Of a stretch of DNA of 64,000 nt, positions 25,942 through 37,949 are shown piece by piece. The notes under the pieces are model-generated. The model searched no databases, was not told the DNA's origin, and saw only the letters and a program-made list of their open reading frames with translations. The translations under genes were made by a program, and so were the position numbers. Source of the stretch: Basidiobolus meristosporus CBS 931.73 (Eukaryota; Fungi; Basidiobolomycota); the NCBI GenBank assembly GCA_002104905.1, contig MCFE01000094.1:1-64000 (forward strand), given 5' to 3'. The first letter of the stretch is position 1; every line of letters begins with the position of its first letter.

Positions 25942-26442
25942 TTACTCTAATTTGAGATTTAGTCGGATACAGGTTAAGGTTTCACCTTGCTGGTTGCTTA
26001 TGATGACATCGCCTTTGATGGGAAGCTTGGGAACCTCCTCGGGTATATGTGCAAATGCTTCTAAAGTGACTTCCCCTGGCTCCATGGGACAACTGGCTCC
26101 GGAAAAGAACTCGCTCTCCAGAACGTCACATAGCTCGAAACCTTTCTTCAGTTTTATCATCATCAGTCGCAAATCTGCCACTACGGAACCGGAGGTGACC
26201 TTCTCCTTTAGAATTCCCTTGATACGGACTCGAACGTCGCCACCCACCTTGATCTTCTCGGGCTCTATACTGACCCCATTCTCATGGGCTTGGAGGAGAT
26301 GGGTTTCTGGATTTCCGCACAGTGTCCAGATGGGCTGATTGGGATCGACTTTGAAGGGGGATTGGTATGAGGAGTAAACACTGGGGAGACTCACAAGAGA
26401 GAGCACAGTTAGTGCAACAGAGGTGATAGCAAAGAACCGCAT
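25942..26442 (-). CDS. NPC2: ML-domain lipid transfer protein (NPC2 / PG-PI transfer protein-like), secreted, intronless
   Basis: Signal peptide; Cys pattern WTLCG...FELCD...SCPMEPG...LTCI typical of the MD-2-related lipid-recognition domain. Confidence 0.88.
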   Translation of the reverse strand: MRFFAITSVALTVLSLVSLPSVYSSYQSPFKVDPNQPIWTLCGNPETHLLQAHENGVSIEPEKIKVGGDVRVRIKGILKEKVTSGSVVADLRLMMIKLKKGFELCDVLESEFFSGASCPMEPGEVTLEAFAHIPEEVPKLPIKGDVIISNQQGETLTCIRLNLKLE

Positions 26443-27744
26443 GTGGTGGAGAGGAGGATGCCCTGGTTGAAATTAAGTGATGAATTCCCCAAGGTACTAT
26501 GCTTTTAAATAATGAGATGATGAGCATGGAATGTCCTAGGATGCGTAAAAGGAAATAATGACCAATCTAGTGACTAAATTCTAAGTTTTCTGAAACCATT
26601 CGATGCTGGAATTCTGGTTGTTTTGGAGTGGGATGGCTCCTGGGCACCAATAGCTCCCGACCACCTCTCCTCCAATGGAAAGGAAGTACGCTGTGGTTGG
26701 ATGACGAAGCCAATGGTGGACGGAATCCGCCGGGGGATTTCGGCTCACGATGAATACACCGTAATATCCGAAACGAATGGATGCTCTATGTATGAAATAA
26801 GTCACATTCCTGTAGAGCTTTGCAATGATCAACTGGGCAGGCTTTATTGGTCAGTGATGTTGGTCGTTGCATTATTCGCATTCTAGGTGGCGATGGGGAT
26901 GACGATGCCATGTGGGCGCAGAACCTGCCCTGATGTACATGTACTAATCCACCGGAAAGGCTGGTTACCACTACGCAACGGAGCTTGGCGTGTGCCTACG
27001 GCGATAATATCAGCGTGCGAGAATGCCAACGCTTAGCCCGCAACAGGCCTTCCTAACCAACTAGTTGCGCCCAGGGCTGAGAAAATATTTGGCCGTTTCA
27101 GGCCCACGTTGGACTTTTCACGCAGACACCCACCTGTCATTGACGGTGTTTGCGCTGCATCGGTCAACAATGCTATCGCTAGGAGTGTTGACTGTCGTAG
27201 AATGTCTGTGATCCCCGGGCTAATCAGGGGATGCTCCAAACCAACGCGAACAAATGGCCAAGGGCGACTGAAACTTACCGGCGACCATTTCTACCCCGGG
27301 TATTTACCGTGCAGCGCGTATCTTGGCATCCTGCAACTCCCAAATGGGGAATAGTTCTTTGAAATTAGCCCTACATCGAGCTCGACTCCATATATTACTA
27401 AATGACCTCCCATTGGAAACGACTCTATATTCAAGCATATGATCATTATTTGCCAATATTCCATGACGTCCCCTTCATTCCAACCAACTTTTGGTTCGGC
27501 TGATGATCATGATCTGTATTTATGGTTTCATGTTTTAATTCTGACTCGATCCGTAGAGATTCCGCTCTGTCAGGAGAAAATGCCTACCAAATGTATCCGT
27601 GGATTGTCGCCAGTTTTGGAAATGGAACCCAGCAATTGGATATAAAAGCGCTCCCTTCGACGGATGCCCCACTAATTCCCAATTGGAATCCCTACTAAAT
27701 TGTCGTCTCCTTAGCCAACCCCTTTCACCAGAAGCCCACAGACG

Positions 27745-29065
27745 ATGTGGCCATCTAATCCTGAGTCTACGTTGAACCTTTTATCGACTGAAAGCGGGTC
27801 GTCAATCGCTCAACCTTCCCACGCGTACGATGCCGAGCCAAGGGCTGAGAATCCGCCTAAAGCAATGCGCCTTGCTGGCATCGTTATGTTGCTCATGTGT
27901 ATCTTAGCGTTTACATTCCAATCGGTAAGCGATAACAAGCGAGACTTCTTTGCGCTCGTACTAAGCAGAGTTTAGGAAGTAGCGCATCACCTTCAAGCCG
28001 ACCTGGGCTACTCGCAACCATACTTCATCCTGTAAGCGCCTTTCAATCGTGATTTCTATACTTCTTGACCGTACTGACCAACCTTGGTAAAGATGGGTTG
28101 CCCATTCTTCTTTCATCTCGCTACTTCCCATCCAGTTTATAATCGAAAGGCTGCGGGGGAAGCCCTTCAAACAAACCTGCCTAGAGTTGGTTTCCGACTC
28201 TCAAAAGCTGCTGCAGGAGTATCGAGGCAACCGCAAAGTGACCCCCTCGATCAAATCCACCGTGTTACATCTAGCATATACTTCGATTGCATTGGCTACC
28301 CTGTTAACTGCTGGCTCCTACCTCTGGTACGTCGCCCTTGGGCTTACCACCATGGCCAGGCTGACCGCCATCTACAATACCTCGTGCTTTTTTGCGTACG
28401 GCTTCTCGCTATTCTTTCTTAACGAAAAATTCATGCTCTCTAAGATTGCCGCCTTGGCCGTCAGCATCGCCGGGGTGGTGGTGATGTCGTTTGGAGAGAG
28501 TCACTCCGAAGTGGAGACCATGGCGTCCTACAAAGCGACCATGATCCTTGGCGACATCATCTCTTGCGTCTGCGCCTTGCTGATTGGTTTGTACGAGGTC
28601 GTGTACAAAAGGTACACTGTGATTCCAGAAAGCCCGTCGATTCTCTTCACCAACTTCTTTACGGGGCTGATCGGGCTGATGACCTTCTCGCTCCAATGGA
28701 TCCCCATCGTCTTTTTACACTACACAGGGATCGAGCGTTTCTCTATCCCGACCAAGGAAGTCTTGACGTACCTGTGTTTGAACGCATTCTTGGGAGTGGC
28801 GTATAACGGCTGCTTCATGAGTGTGATTACGCTCACCTCGCCCACCTTCGCTGCGCTCGGTATCATCCTAACCATTCCTGCCGTGGCAATTGCCGACTTT
28901 CTAGTGAATGGGATCACGGTTACCACCGTTGAGCTGATAGGCGGGGCATTCATCATCGCCGGATTCGGAATCTTCGCCTATGCGGACACCAATGCGACGG
29001 GGTACAAGAAAGTCGAGGTGGAGATGCAGGAGGCGCGGACTGAGAATCCAAGGAACGTCTTCTAA
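27745..29065 (+). CDS. DMT/EamA superfamily transporter, SLC35F3/F4-like fungal family, 3 exons
   Basis: FQS|EVAHHLQADLGYSQPYFIL|WVAHSS; TAIYNTSCFFAYGFSLFFLNEKF; TSPTFAALGIILTIP; about 10 hydrophobic segments; TATAAAAG at 27641. Confidence 0.85.
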
Positions 29066-29706
29066 TCCCGCACACTCCCCTGTACCTGTAGATCTTCCCT
29101 ACGTCGAATCAGCACCCCTCTTGTAAAATAGAATTATACTTTCATTAGAGCCGACCAATCTTAATCTCCCTTCATGCAACCTTATCTACTTCCCCGACCC
29201 ACGATTTGTCGGATACCTACCAAATGGAACTAAATAAACGCCGATTTTCGCACACGGCTCTTGTCGTCTTGACGGGTGAGCCCTGCTTCCATCCAGTTCA
29301 ATAAGCCATGGTAACGCAGCATGCAATACATTGGAATCTTGGCTTAGGTTACTGTACCACCGTGAAGCATCCATATGCGGACAGGAGAAGTTACCAACCT
29401 TTGCGATCAGCAACGACCAAATACGTCACTATCGGGGAGGAAAATGGTGGTATGACATCATCCTGAACTGGGATAGGGATCTGTCCAGAGGCGGCCTTAA
29501 ATTGGAATCTGGCCCGTGACACGAAAATATACGAGGAAATCCATCGAGTAACGGATCGTCTATTCGGTCGCAGATGGGATTTCGAGCATCGATTTATTGG
29601 AAACGTTCAGGGTGGATGGACAAACTTACAAGGGGACGATGGGCCTCCTTCTATTCCAGTTCTCATTCAATCTATTGGAACCCATCGTGCGCTACATATA
29701 CCTCTG

Positions 29707-31759
29707 CTAAATCCCATTCGAGCCGCCGCCAACCTTCAGGCTGGCGTTCCAGAATTCTATCTCAAGGCGGACGCACTGCCGGAAGATTCGCGCCAGCTCC
29801 TTCAGCTTCGCTTCCGATGGCGGGTAGGTTTCCGCCAATTTTTCTAGCGAGGCTGGATTGCTGTTAGATGACCCGTTGTTGACAAGTAGTCCATGGAATA
29901 CTGTACCCTTGGTTTGGTCAACTTGCTGCACCATCTCGGAGTGACTAAGCGCCTGGATCCATGGCCAGTAGGGATTCCCATCTATCGTATGGATAACCTT
30001 TAGCCGGGATATACTTAGACCCTGTCGCCAGATCGATTCTGGATTTACCTCTCTTCGTGGCAATACTATCGACCAGTGATTGCCCCATTTCCAAATAGCC
30101 AATCATACAAGGGGCCAAGGCTACCCTGAAGCTGAGATTATCGCCAGAATGTCCCTGGTCCAGTATGTAACGAGTGTACGCGACTGTGGCACTATCTTCC
30201 GAGGCTGTCTTCAGCTCGTACGCGTCAACCCCCCATTCTAGACACAGCTAGAAGGCGGTTTGTTGGTTGTTAGTGGCTGTGAGCTCCAATTGGACGGGGT
30301 GTGGATGGCTAACCTCGAAATAGCGTTGTACTTCTTTTCCCACTTCAATGACTGACTTCGCTGCTGAAGCAATCTCCTGCATCGTTTGGCCCTTGTAGCT
30401 TGCTAACGCACAAGCTCGGGCGTATTGGTGCAGATAGAGGTAGTTTTGTTTGAGGAAGTGGACAAACGCCTTTTTGGGAAGGGTACCGTTGCCAAGCTGT
30501 TCTACAAATGGGTGCTTCACGTAATTCTCCCATATATCACGTGACTGGCCAACGAGATAAGCCACGAGCGGGTAGGGATGAGTGGGTGAAGGCCTATATG
30601 GAGGAATGTTACATTCAAACCCCAGCTACTTCTGTTGCTGTTCTAGTGTTGACCATTGTAGTCACTTACGCAGAAAGTGTTTTTCTAACTAAAGAGTGGT
30701 AGTGGTTGAGAGACCCATGGCCCTCCCCGACTGAGAAGCCATACTTGATTGCAGTTTCCACATACTTGATCCCCTTCACAATAGCTTCCTTAGCTTAAAC
30801 AAGACCCGTTCGTTAGTGTAAGACCTCGCATGGAGTTGGGATATACTTACTATTGACGCCTTTGGCCAACTCCCCGGCGATGGCAGCGCTCAGAGTGCAG
30901 CCGGTTCCATGGGTGTTGTTACTTCTGATATACGGCTTTTTTATTTCAAGGAACGAATTGTCGGCTGCGTCGTAGATAACGTCTACCATGAACATATCTC
31001 CTTGGAACGAAGCTGGGTCTACCTGGTTGCATTTCTGATCGAAGATCAAGTGGCCCCCCTTGAGAAGAACATATTTGGGTCCAAGGGCGGCGATTCCCTT
31101 GGCTGCGCTTCTCATAGCGTTCAATGTTTGTATGGGTTCAACCTTAGCACCCTCTCGAAGGCCCAATAAGACCTCTGCTTCAGGAACATTGGGAGTGACG
31201 ATGTACGTGATGGGGAGAAGTGAACGCTTGAGGGTTTGGATGGAGTCTGCCTTTAAAAGAACCGTTCCTGAAGTAGAGATCATGACCGGATCGACCACTA
31301 ATTTCAGCTCGGTAGTTTGACGGTGCTTGTTTAGAACCTGGACGATAACCTCCATGGTTTCCGCATTGCCAAGCATCCCTTTGGAGAAAAGGTCACCTGG
31401 TGGATTTCTGCACTAACAAGTGAGCCACACAAATACCTGTTTTTATGGCGTCAGCCCCGATGTCGCCCAAGACCGCCTCCAACTGGCTTCGCACCAATGC
31501 CGGGTCCATAAACTCAACACCAGTCACTCCCTTCGAGTTCTGGGAGGTGACCGCAGTCAGAACAGAGGTGCCATACACTTGAAGCGAGGTGAAAGTTTTG
31601 AGATCTGCTTGAATCCCAGCCCCCCTGCAACTGCCGGGTTAGATAGCTGTGCTTAAGAAAGGCATTTCTCAGATACCCCGAAGAAGCTTACCCTCCACTA
31701 TCACTGCCGGCGATGGTCAAAGCTTTCGGCTGGTTGGTTTTCGGCTTGAAGGTGGTCAT
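29707..31759 (-). CDS. THI20: Trifunctional thiamine salvage/biosynthesis protein: HMP/HMP-P kinase (ThiD) fused to TenA (thiaminase II), multi-exon
   Basis: ALTIAGSDSGG|GAGIQADLKTF, AIKTG|MLG, VVDPVMISTSG, TPNVPEAEVL, NTHGTGCTLSAAIA; TenA HPFVEQLGNGTL, APCMIGY (catalytic Cys), RLEIEFW. Confidence 0.93.
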
Positions 31760-32189
31760 AATCAAGTGCTGCTGTAGGTGGAAGATAGACAAGGAGTCAT
31801 GGCCTGGAGATGACCCACAGCCCACTGAAATTCCCTGGTGACTAGATCCCTACACCCATTTGGCAATGCTAATAAATTTAATTTCATTTGAGCTTTTGGC
31901 TATCTTATCGGTGTTTGGCCTTTTGATATCGGCCGATATTTCTTTGCACGGGGACCAATCCCATCCAAAGATGGTTATTCCATTGCTACTGATTTCCAGA
32001 GTATGCAAGATCTGGTCATATGATTGTGTTACTTGATATAATCATCTTGCTTGACCATTAGTTGAGCCAAGCGATTTGGGTGTCTGCAGACCATTCATTT
32101 CACACCCGTTCAGCCGCGGCCAGAGAGTAGCCGAGAAAGGAAGCAAGACCAGACCAGACCAGGGCGACTTACTTGGACAAGATAAAGAG

Positions 32190-33649
32190 ATGGGTAAGTT
32201 CGAGTGGTTTTCCTTTCCAGGCTAGCTTCACCGAGCACCTTCTTAACTTGTCCGCCGTTTAGCCGAAAGTTTTCACGACTTCGTCGCAGGTTAGCTCCAC
32301 AGTGTTTCGCCAGTTCCCTGGAAAGGCGTCCCCTGAACTTTTGTGTGTCTCGTTTAGGATACGTCAGCGGAGTCGCCGGCATCGTGGTGGGAAGCCCGTT
32401 GGATGTTTTGAAGGTATCCCTTCCCTTTTTGGGGTTCTATCGTCTGCTGCTAGGAACGGGTACTGAGACGGCTTGTCGGCTTTAGGTTCGACTACAAACG
32501 GCAACCACCGTTGGCCCCGCCCCCGGGATTTACGGGCAGCTTCAGGACATGGTGAAGGCCGAGGGGGTAAGTCTTTTCTTTGTCAACTGGCGACCTTCAC
32601 GCAGCATGGAGGGTTGATGTGTGTCAAGCTAGGGGCCTGGTTCAAGGGGATCGCTTCACCCATCGTGGGTTTGGCAGGTCTGAATTCAGTCCTGTTTGTT
32701 TCGTACGGGGCGACTCTACGTGTTCTGGAAAGGTTCAGAGCGGAGGATCCTACTCAGAACCCTACCGCACTGGCGCCACTAAGCCATGTGTACGCGGCAG
32801 GCTTTGCGGCAGGGACTGCGTGCTTCATTGTCAGGTATGTTGCAGGCAACTTTATTCCGCACCCGTCCACTATTAACCGTTCCCCACACCAAGCTGTCCA
32901 ACCGAGTTGGTCAAATGTAGAGCCCAAGTGATCACCGGACAGCGTGGGATTGAAGCCCCAGGAAAATCCCCGGCTGGGAAGCTTCCCAACTCTTGGAACA
33001 TAGCCGGTGCCATCATAAGGGGGTCCGGGCTTCAAGGTGAGTATACCGCAAAGGCTAGTTATGTTCTAGGCTAACCTTGGCTAGGGCTGTATCGTGGCGG
33101 TGTGGTAACGGCTATTCGGGACGCTCCCGGATATGGCGTCTATTTCTGGTAAGGTTACTTGGGTTCGATGGTCCTGGGTTGGGCTCGCTAACGTACCATG
33201 AATAGGGTGTATGAGGTGCTCAAACGTAAGCTGGAGGCTAGCTCTGGCGATGCTACTGGTTGGAACGCAGTCAAGCTCATCCTCGCTGGGGGCTTTGCCG
33301 GCACGTGCTCCTGGGTCAGCATCTATCCATTAGGTCAGTGTTGGTTTGATCATGATGAACAGGGTTCGTATCCATTTGCTCAGGCCCTTTTGTAGATGTG
33401 ATCAAATCCCGAATTCAGACAAGCGGGCAAATCGGTGCACTGGCCTGTGCGAAGCTGATGTACCAAAAGGAAGGGCTGGCCAGCTTTACCAAGGGACTTT
33501 GGCCAACTGTGGTGCGAGCGTTTCCAGTGAATGCGGTGACATTCCTGACCTATGAGGCAGTGATGGGATGGTTGGTACAGACAGAGAACGACGTCTCGGA
33601 GGACCTTCCGACCCAAGGATCTCAACTTCTTAAGAGCATCATCTCCTGA
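32190..33649 (+). CDS. Mitochondrial carrier (SLC25), Ymc1/SLC25A29/45-like amino acid or acylcarnitine subgroup, multi-exon
   Basis: M|AESFHDFVAG|YVSG...PLDVLK|VRLQT; FKGIASPIVGLAGLNSVLF; PTELVKCRAQ; YPL|DVIKSRIQ; FPVNAVTFLTYE. Confidence 0.9.
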
Positions 33650-33848
33650 ACGGGTATCTGCCTGCTTCACGAGATGTGATTAGTCATATCAACATTACCT
33701 GTATCATTACCTCCCTCACAATTGCATTTTGAACCATTCATTGACCTACTTGGTGGGCTGAGGTATCCCCTCACAGACAGTGCTGCAAATATAAAAAGCC
33801 AGGCATGAGAATTTCATTGGTTATATTTTTAGTACTCTGTGTCCAAAC

Positions 33849-34549
33849 TGTTGTAAATTTCGTAATTACCCCTAAATATTCGCCTAACTTAGTCACTTAG
33901 ATCATAGTCTACAAATCTTAGAGAATTCTGGCCAAATCCCTTGTTGGGATTTACTTGGAATATTTTCACCAAAACATCAGGTACCCAGAACATGAAATCT
34001 CAAAAGTTGTCCAAACAGCCCTGAGCCTTGCACACATGCTCATGGGACCTTCTTAAACATGTTCTACATGTTTGTTTTGCCACAACCATGTAAATGTTGT
34101 AAGAGTCTTGGAGATATTGGAAGTGATTTGGAGAACAAGTAGATTATGTGGTTTTCACTTAGTGATTTATTGAATGTAAAAGTAGTATTTATACTTTTAC
34201 CTGGTCTTGGCATTACAAACACGTAGAATAGGTTAAAGAAGGTCCCAAGAACATGTGTGCAAAGTTTGGGGCTGTTTGGACAACTTTGAGAATTTTCATG
34301 TTCTGGGTACCTGGTATCTTGGTGAAAATATTCCAAGTAAATCCCGACAAGGAATTTGGTCAGTATTCTCTAGGATTTGAAGGTAATGATCTAAGTGACT
34401 AAGTTAGGTGAGTATTTAGGTGGAAATACGAATTTTTACAACAGTAAAAGTAGAACTATTACTCTTACATTCAATAAATCATCAAGTGAAAACCATATAA
34501 ACCACTTGTTCTCCTCATCACTTCCAATATCTTCAAAGCTCTTGCAACA
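33849..34549 (+). mobile_element. Solo LTR of copia family A (347 bp net) carrying a nested LTR
   Basis: TGTTGTAA...TTGCAACA termini; 5-bp TSD CAAAC (33844-33848 and 34550-34554); colinear with the 35259 LTR once the insert is removed. Confidence 0.9.
34095..34443 (-). mobile_element. Solo LTR of copia family A (349 bp) nested in opposite orientation
   Basis: TGTTGTAA...TTACAACA termini; TSD GTAAA (34090-34094 and 34444-34448). Confidence 0.92.
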
Positions 34550-34559
34550 CAAACTACTG

Positions 34560-35224
34560 GTGTACCTCAGTCTAGTTTATGGCCAAGCTCTATACATCAG
34601 TGAAGTGATTGTTTTTGCTGGAGTACTTGTGGTTTATCTTCCAGAAATCATTTCTTCCCTTTGCTGACAGTTGGCTCCAAAAGTGATTGGTTCTTACATC
34701 TGTTAATTTGGAACCTCTACCACTCCTCATCTAGGCAGATATTCCTCACTTATACTAATATGGAGCAGTATCTTCATTCCCACATTCTGTATTTGTAGTA
34801 GGACTTATCTTGCACTTCAGCAGAGGGAAAGTTTCCTAAATATATGCTGTTAAGGGAATTTTAGATACATTGTAAGTCAGTAGTGAAGTGGTGTATTTTG
34901 TGGTGCTTGCTCTAAGTTTTGTATTTGTACCTTAATATTGTTGTAAATCTCTTGGAGATACAGGATATACACTGGAGAATGATTTTGTAGTCTACACTTT
35001 ATGATTTGCTCAATGACAAAAGATATTAATACTTTACATGGTCATAGCAAGACTGGCACATAGAACACACTTGGGAAGGTGCACATGTGCAAAGATGGAG
35101 TAACTTTGGATATTGTACTGCATTTTCATCTATTAGTTACCTGATATTACTGTAAAATACTCAAAGCAAGTCCCAACATTGAGCTTAGGCAAGATATGTC
35201 AAATTCAATGAGTATCATCTACAC
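34560..35224 (-). mobile_element. Old degenerate copia-A relative: LTR remnant (about 34939-35224) plus gag start remnant
   Basis: tgttgtaaatctcttggagata resembles the reversed family-A LTR end; minus-strand ccctctgctgaa...gaatgaagat resembles the gag start at 35640. Boundaries approximate. Confidence 0.5.
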
Positions 35225-35608
35225 TGTAAGAGTCTTTTTTAAGCATGTGTGCAGTATTTGTTGTAAAAATTTGTATTTCCACCTAAATATTCACCTAACT
35301 TAGTCACTTAGATCATCACCTTCAAATCCTAGAGAATACTGACCAAAATTCCTTGTCGGGATTTACTTAGAATATTTTCACCAAAGTACCAGGTACCCAG
35401 AACATGAATATTCTCAAAGTTGCCCAAACAGCCCCAAACTTTGCACACATGTTCTTGGGACCTTCCTTAACCTATTCTACATGTTTGTAGTGCCAAGACC
35501 AGGTAAAAGTATAAATAATACTTTTATATTCAATAAATCATTAAGTGAAAACCACATAATCTACTGGTCCGCCCAATCACTTCCAATATCTCCAAGACTC
35601 TTACAGCA

Positions 35609-35620
35609 GGTTATGAGCCC
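35609..35620 (+). promoter_or_regulatory. Primer binding site complementary to the tRNA-iMet anticodon stem-loop (half-tRNA priming)
   Basis: GGTTATGAGCCC directly after the LTR; its reverse complement GGGCTCATAACC is the fungal initiator tRNA anticodon arm. Confidence 0.85.
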
Positions 35621-35639
35621 CAAGCTGTCCCTCTCTGCA

Positions 35640-37949
35640 ATGTCTACCCCTGCTATTACTGGAATTTATCCCTCTGCTGAAAAGTTGGATGGATCTAACT
35701 ACCAAGTGTGGAAGGTGAAGATGAAGATGCTGCTACAAGAAAGAGGCCTTTGGGATATTGTCATGGGAGAAGAATGCCCTCCTAAAAATGTGGGAGAGGA
35801 AGCCTTAAAGTACCAGAAGAAAGAGCAAAGTGCCTTTAACTGCATTTGCCTTAATGTCAAGGACAAATTGCTAATTCAATGCTCAAGTGCAAAAACAGCA
35901 AAGAATGCCTGGAAAGCATTAGAAGACACCTACCAGTCATGTTCAGCTGCCAAGAAAATGTATCTGAGACAAAAATTCTTCACTACAAAGATGCTGCCAG
36001 GAGAAGAAAGGAAAAATCTAATTAACAGAATTACCCTGCTGGTAGATGAGATGGAATCTGTGGGTGTACCAACTACTGATGAGGATGTGATAGTTACCAT
36101 CCTGAATAGCCTGACAGACAAGTTTCAAGGCCTTGTATCAGCCCTAGAGTCCAGAACTGAAGATTTGACCTTAAATTACGTATATGGAAGGCTCCTGGAT
36201 GAAGAATTAAGAAAATCAAGCGCCAATAAGAAGGAAGAAGAAAATGCTTTAATAAGCAATGATAACCAACAAAGGAGGTACCCAAGGCCCTACAAAGGCA
36301 ACAGCAACCTGTTTTGTAACTACTGCAAAAGGAAAGGACACACATCAGACTGGTGTCTCAAAAAGAAAGATAATCAGCAAAAGAAGCCTGAATATGGAAA
36401 TGCTGCAACAACTGAAGATAGACTATTCATATCTGCACTAAATATGACCACAAACAAGGATTCTCAGACGTGGTATATTGACTCTGGAGTATCTCAGCAC
36501 TTTACACACCAAAAAGAACTTTTTACCCAATATCAAGTAATTCCAATTAAGAAGGTTTTCATGGGTGATGATAGAACACTTGATGCAGTGGGAGAAGGAA
36601 CTATCCAAGTAAACCTTAGAAGCAGTGAAGGAAGCCATACACTGACCTTTAAAGAAGTACTCTATGTATCAGAAATAGCCAAGAACCTACTATCTGTAAG
36701 CAAGGCCACAGCAGAAGGACTCAGTTTCAGCTTTGACAATTCTGGATGCAGGAGCACTGATCAAAATGGTGCTCATATTGCTTTGGGTATCAGAGATCAG
36801 AATGTTACAACATTCTGAGGAGTATTGGAAGTGATGCGGAGAACCAGAGGATTTACATGTTGTTCACTTATAGATTTATTGATCAAAAGTATGGTATTTA
36901 TACTTTTGATGAAGTAGAACAAAAAAACATGTAGAGTTTGTTAAGGAAGGGCCCAAGAATAAGTGTGCAAAGTTTGGGGGCTTTTGGATAACTCTGAGAA
37001 AGATCATTATCTGGGTACCTGATAATTTGGTGAGGATATTCTAAGTAAATCCCAACAAGAAATTGGGTCAGGACAAAATGCTAATCAAAGAATAAGATCT
37101 ATGTGACTAAGTTAGCATGAATATTATGGTGACAGCTTAATAATTACAACACAGAATCTGTATAAGTTGACTTGTATTCCACCATATCTAGAAGCAAATA
37201 TAAGTAACTTGAATGAAGAAACACTAATGCTTTGACACAGGAGATTTGGACACATCAATTTTCATTATTTGTGCAGAATGATCAAAGATCAGCCAATTTC
37301 CAGAGTAAAACATAATCCCCCAGCTAATTTGGAGCACTGTGAAGCCTGCATATATGGAAAACAAGCCAGACAGCCGTTCAAGAGCTCTGGGTTGATCAAA
37401 ACTAAGAAAGTATTAGATCTAATTCACTCAGATTTGTGTGAACCTATGCAAAACTCATCCTTAGGTGGGATGAAGTATCTAATGACTTTTATTGATGATT
37501 ATACTAGATAAGCATGGGTCTACTTCATGGAGAGAAAGGAAGAAGCTCTGTCTAAGTTCAGTGTGCTTAAAGCCAAGGTGGAGAGAGAAGCTGGTGAGAA
37601 ATCCAGAAAATATGCTCTGCCAATGGTGGAGAATATACCTCAAAACTCTTTGTCCACTTTGGCAAAATTCATGAGATAAAGCAAGAGATTGCTGTACCAT
37701 ACTCCCCACAGAAAAATGAAGTAGCAGAATGTGCAAACTGACCAATAATTGATATGGCAAGATCTATGATCCATGAGCAAAAATTATCCTATAATTTTTG
37801 AGTGGAATCAGTTACCATAGCTGTATCCCTTAGGAACAGGAGTTATAGCAGAATAATTGGTGATTCTACTCTATTAGAAGCATTTTATGGATACACACCA
37901 AGTGCAGAATATCTACAAGTATTTGTGTGTACAGCACATGCCAAGAAAC
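35640..37949 (+). pseudogene. Copia gag-pol pseudogene, open from 35640 to the LTR insertion at 36803
   Basis: Removing the insert and one TSD restores the frame GIRDQN|LYKLT; TGG to TGA stop in LWHRR. Confidence 0.88.
36803..37151 (-). mobile_element. Diverged family-A solo LTR inserted into copia-A pol
   Basis: TGTTACAACA...TTACAACA termini, 349 bp, TSD CAGAA (36798-36802 and 37152-37156). Confidence 0.88.

Larger units (their letters stand above)
35259..37949 (+). mobile_element. Truncated Ty1/copia retrotransposon (family A): 5' LTR 35259-35608, gag, protease, integrase; RT, RNase H and 3' LTR missing
   Basis: KLDGSNYQVWK gag start, CNYCKRKGHTSDWC zinc knuckle, WYIDSGVSQH protease, L*HRRFGH, IHSDLC and FIDDYTR integrase; stops and frameshifts present. 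Confidence 0.93.

Noticed and set aside
26580-27360. Possible small spliced gene between NPC2 and the transporter (ATGG|gtaagt on minus near 27280)
   Set aside because: Tested exon joins end in early stops or give unrecognisable peptides.
30110-30150. GGGG...GCTGAGATTAT, resembling a TPP aptamer start
   Set aside because: It lies antisense within a THI20 coding exon and has no downstream aptamer half.
32190-33649. Carrier as a thiamine pyrophosphate carrier (Tpc1/SLC25A19) completing a three-gene thiamine cluster
   Set aside because: The signature GIASPIVGLAGLNSVLF fits the Ymc1/SLC25A29/45 subgroup rather than Tpc1; it only shares a divergent promoter of about 430 bp with THI20.
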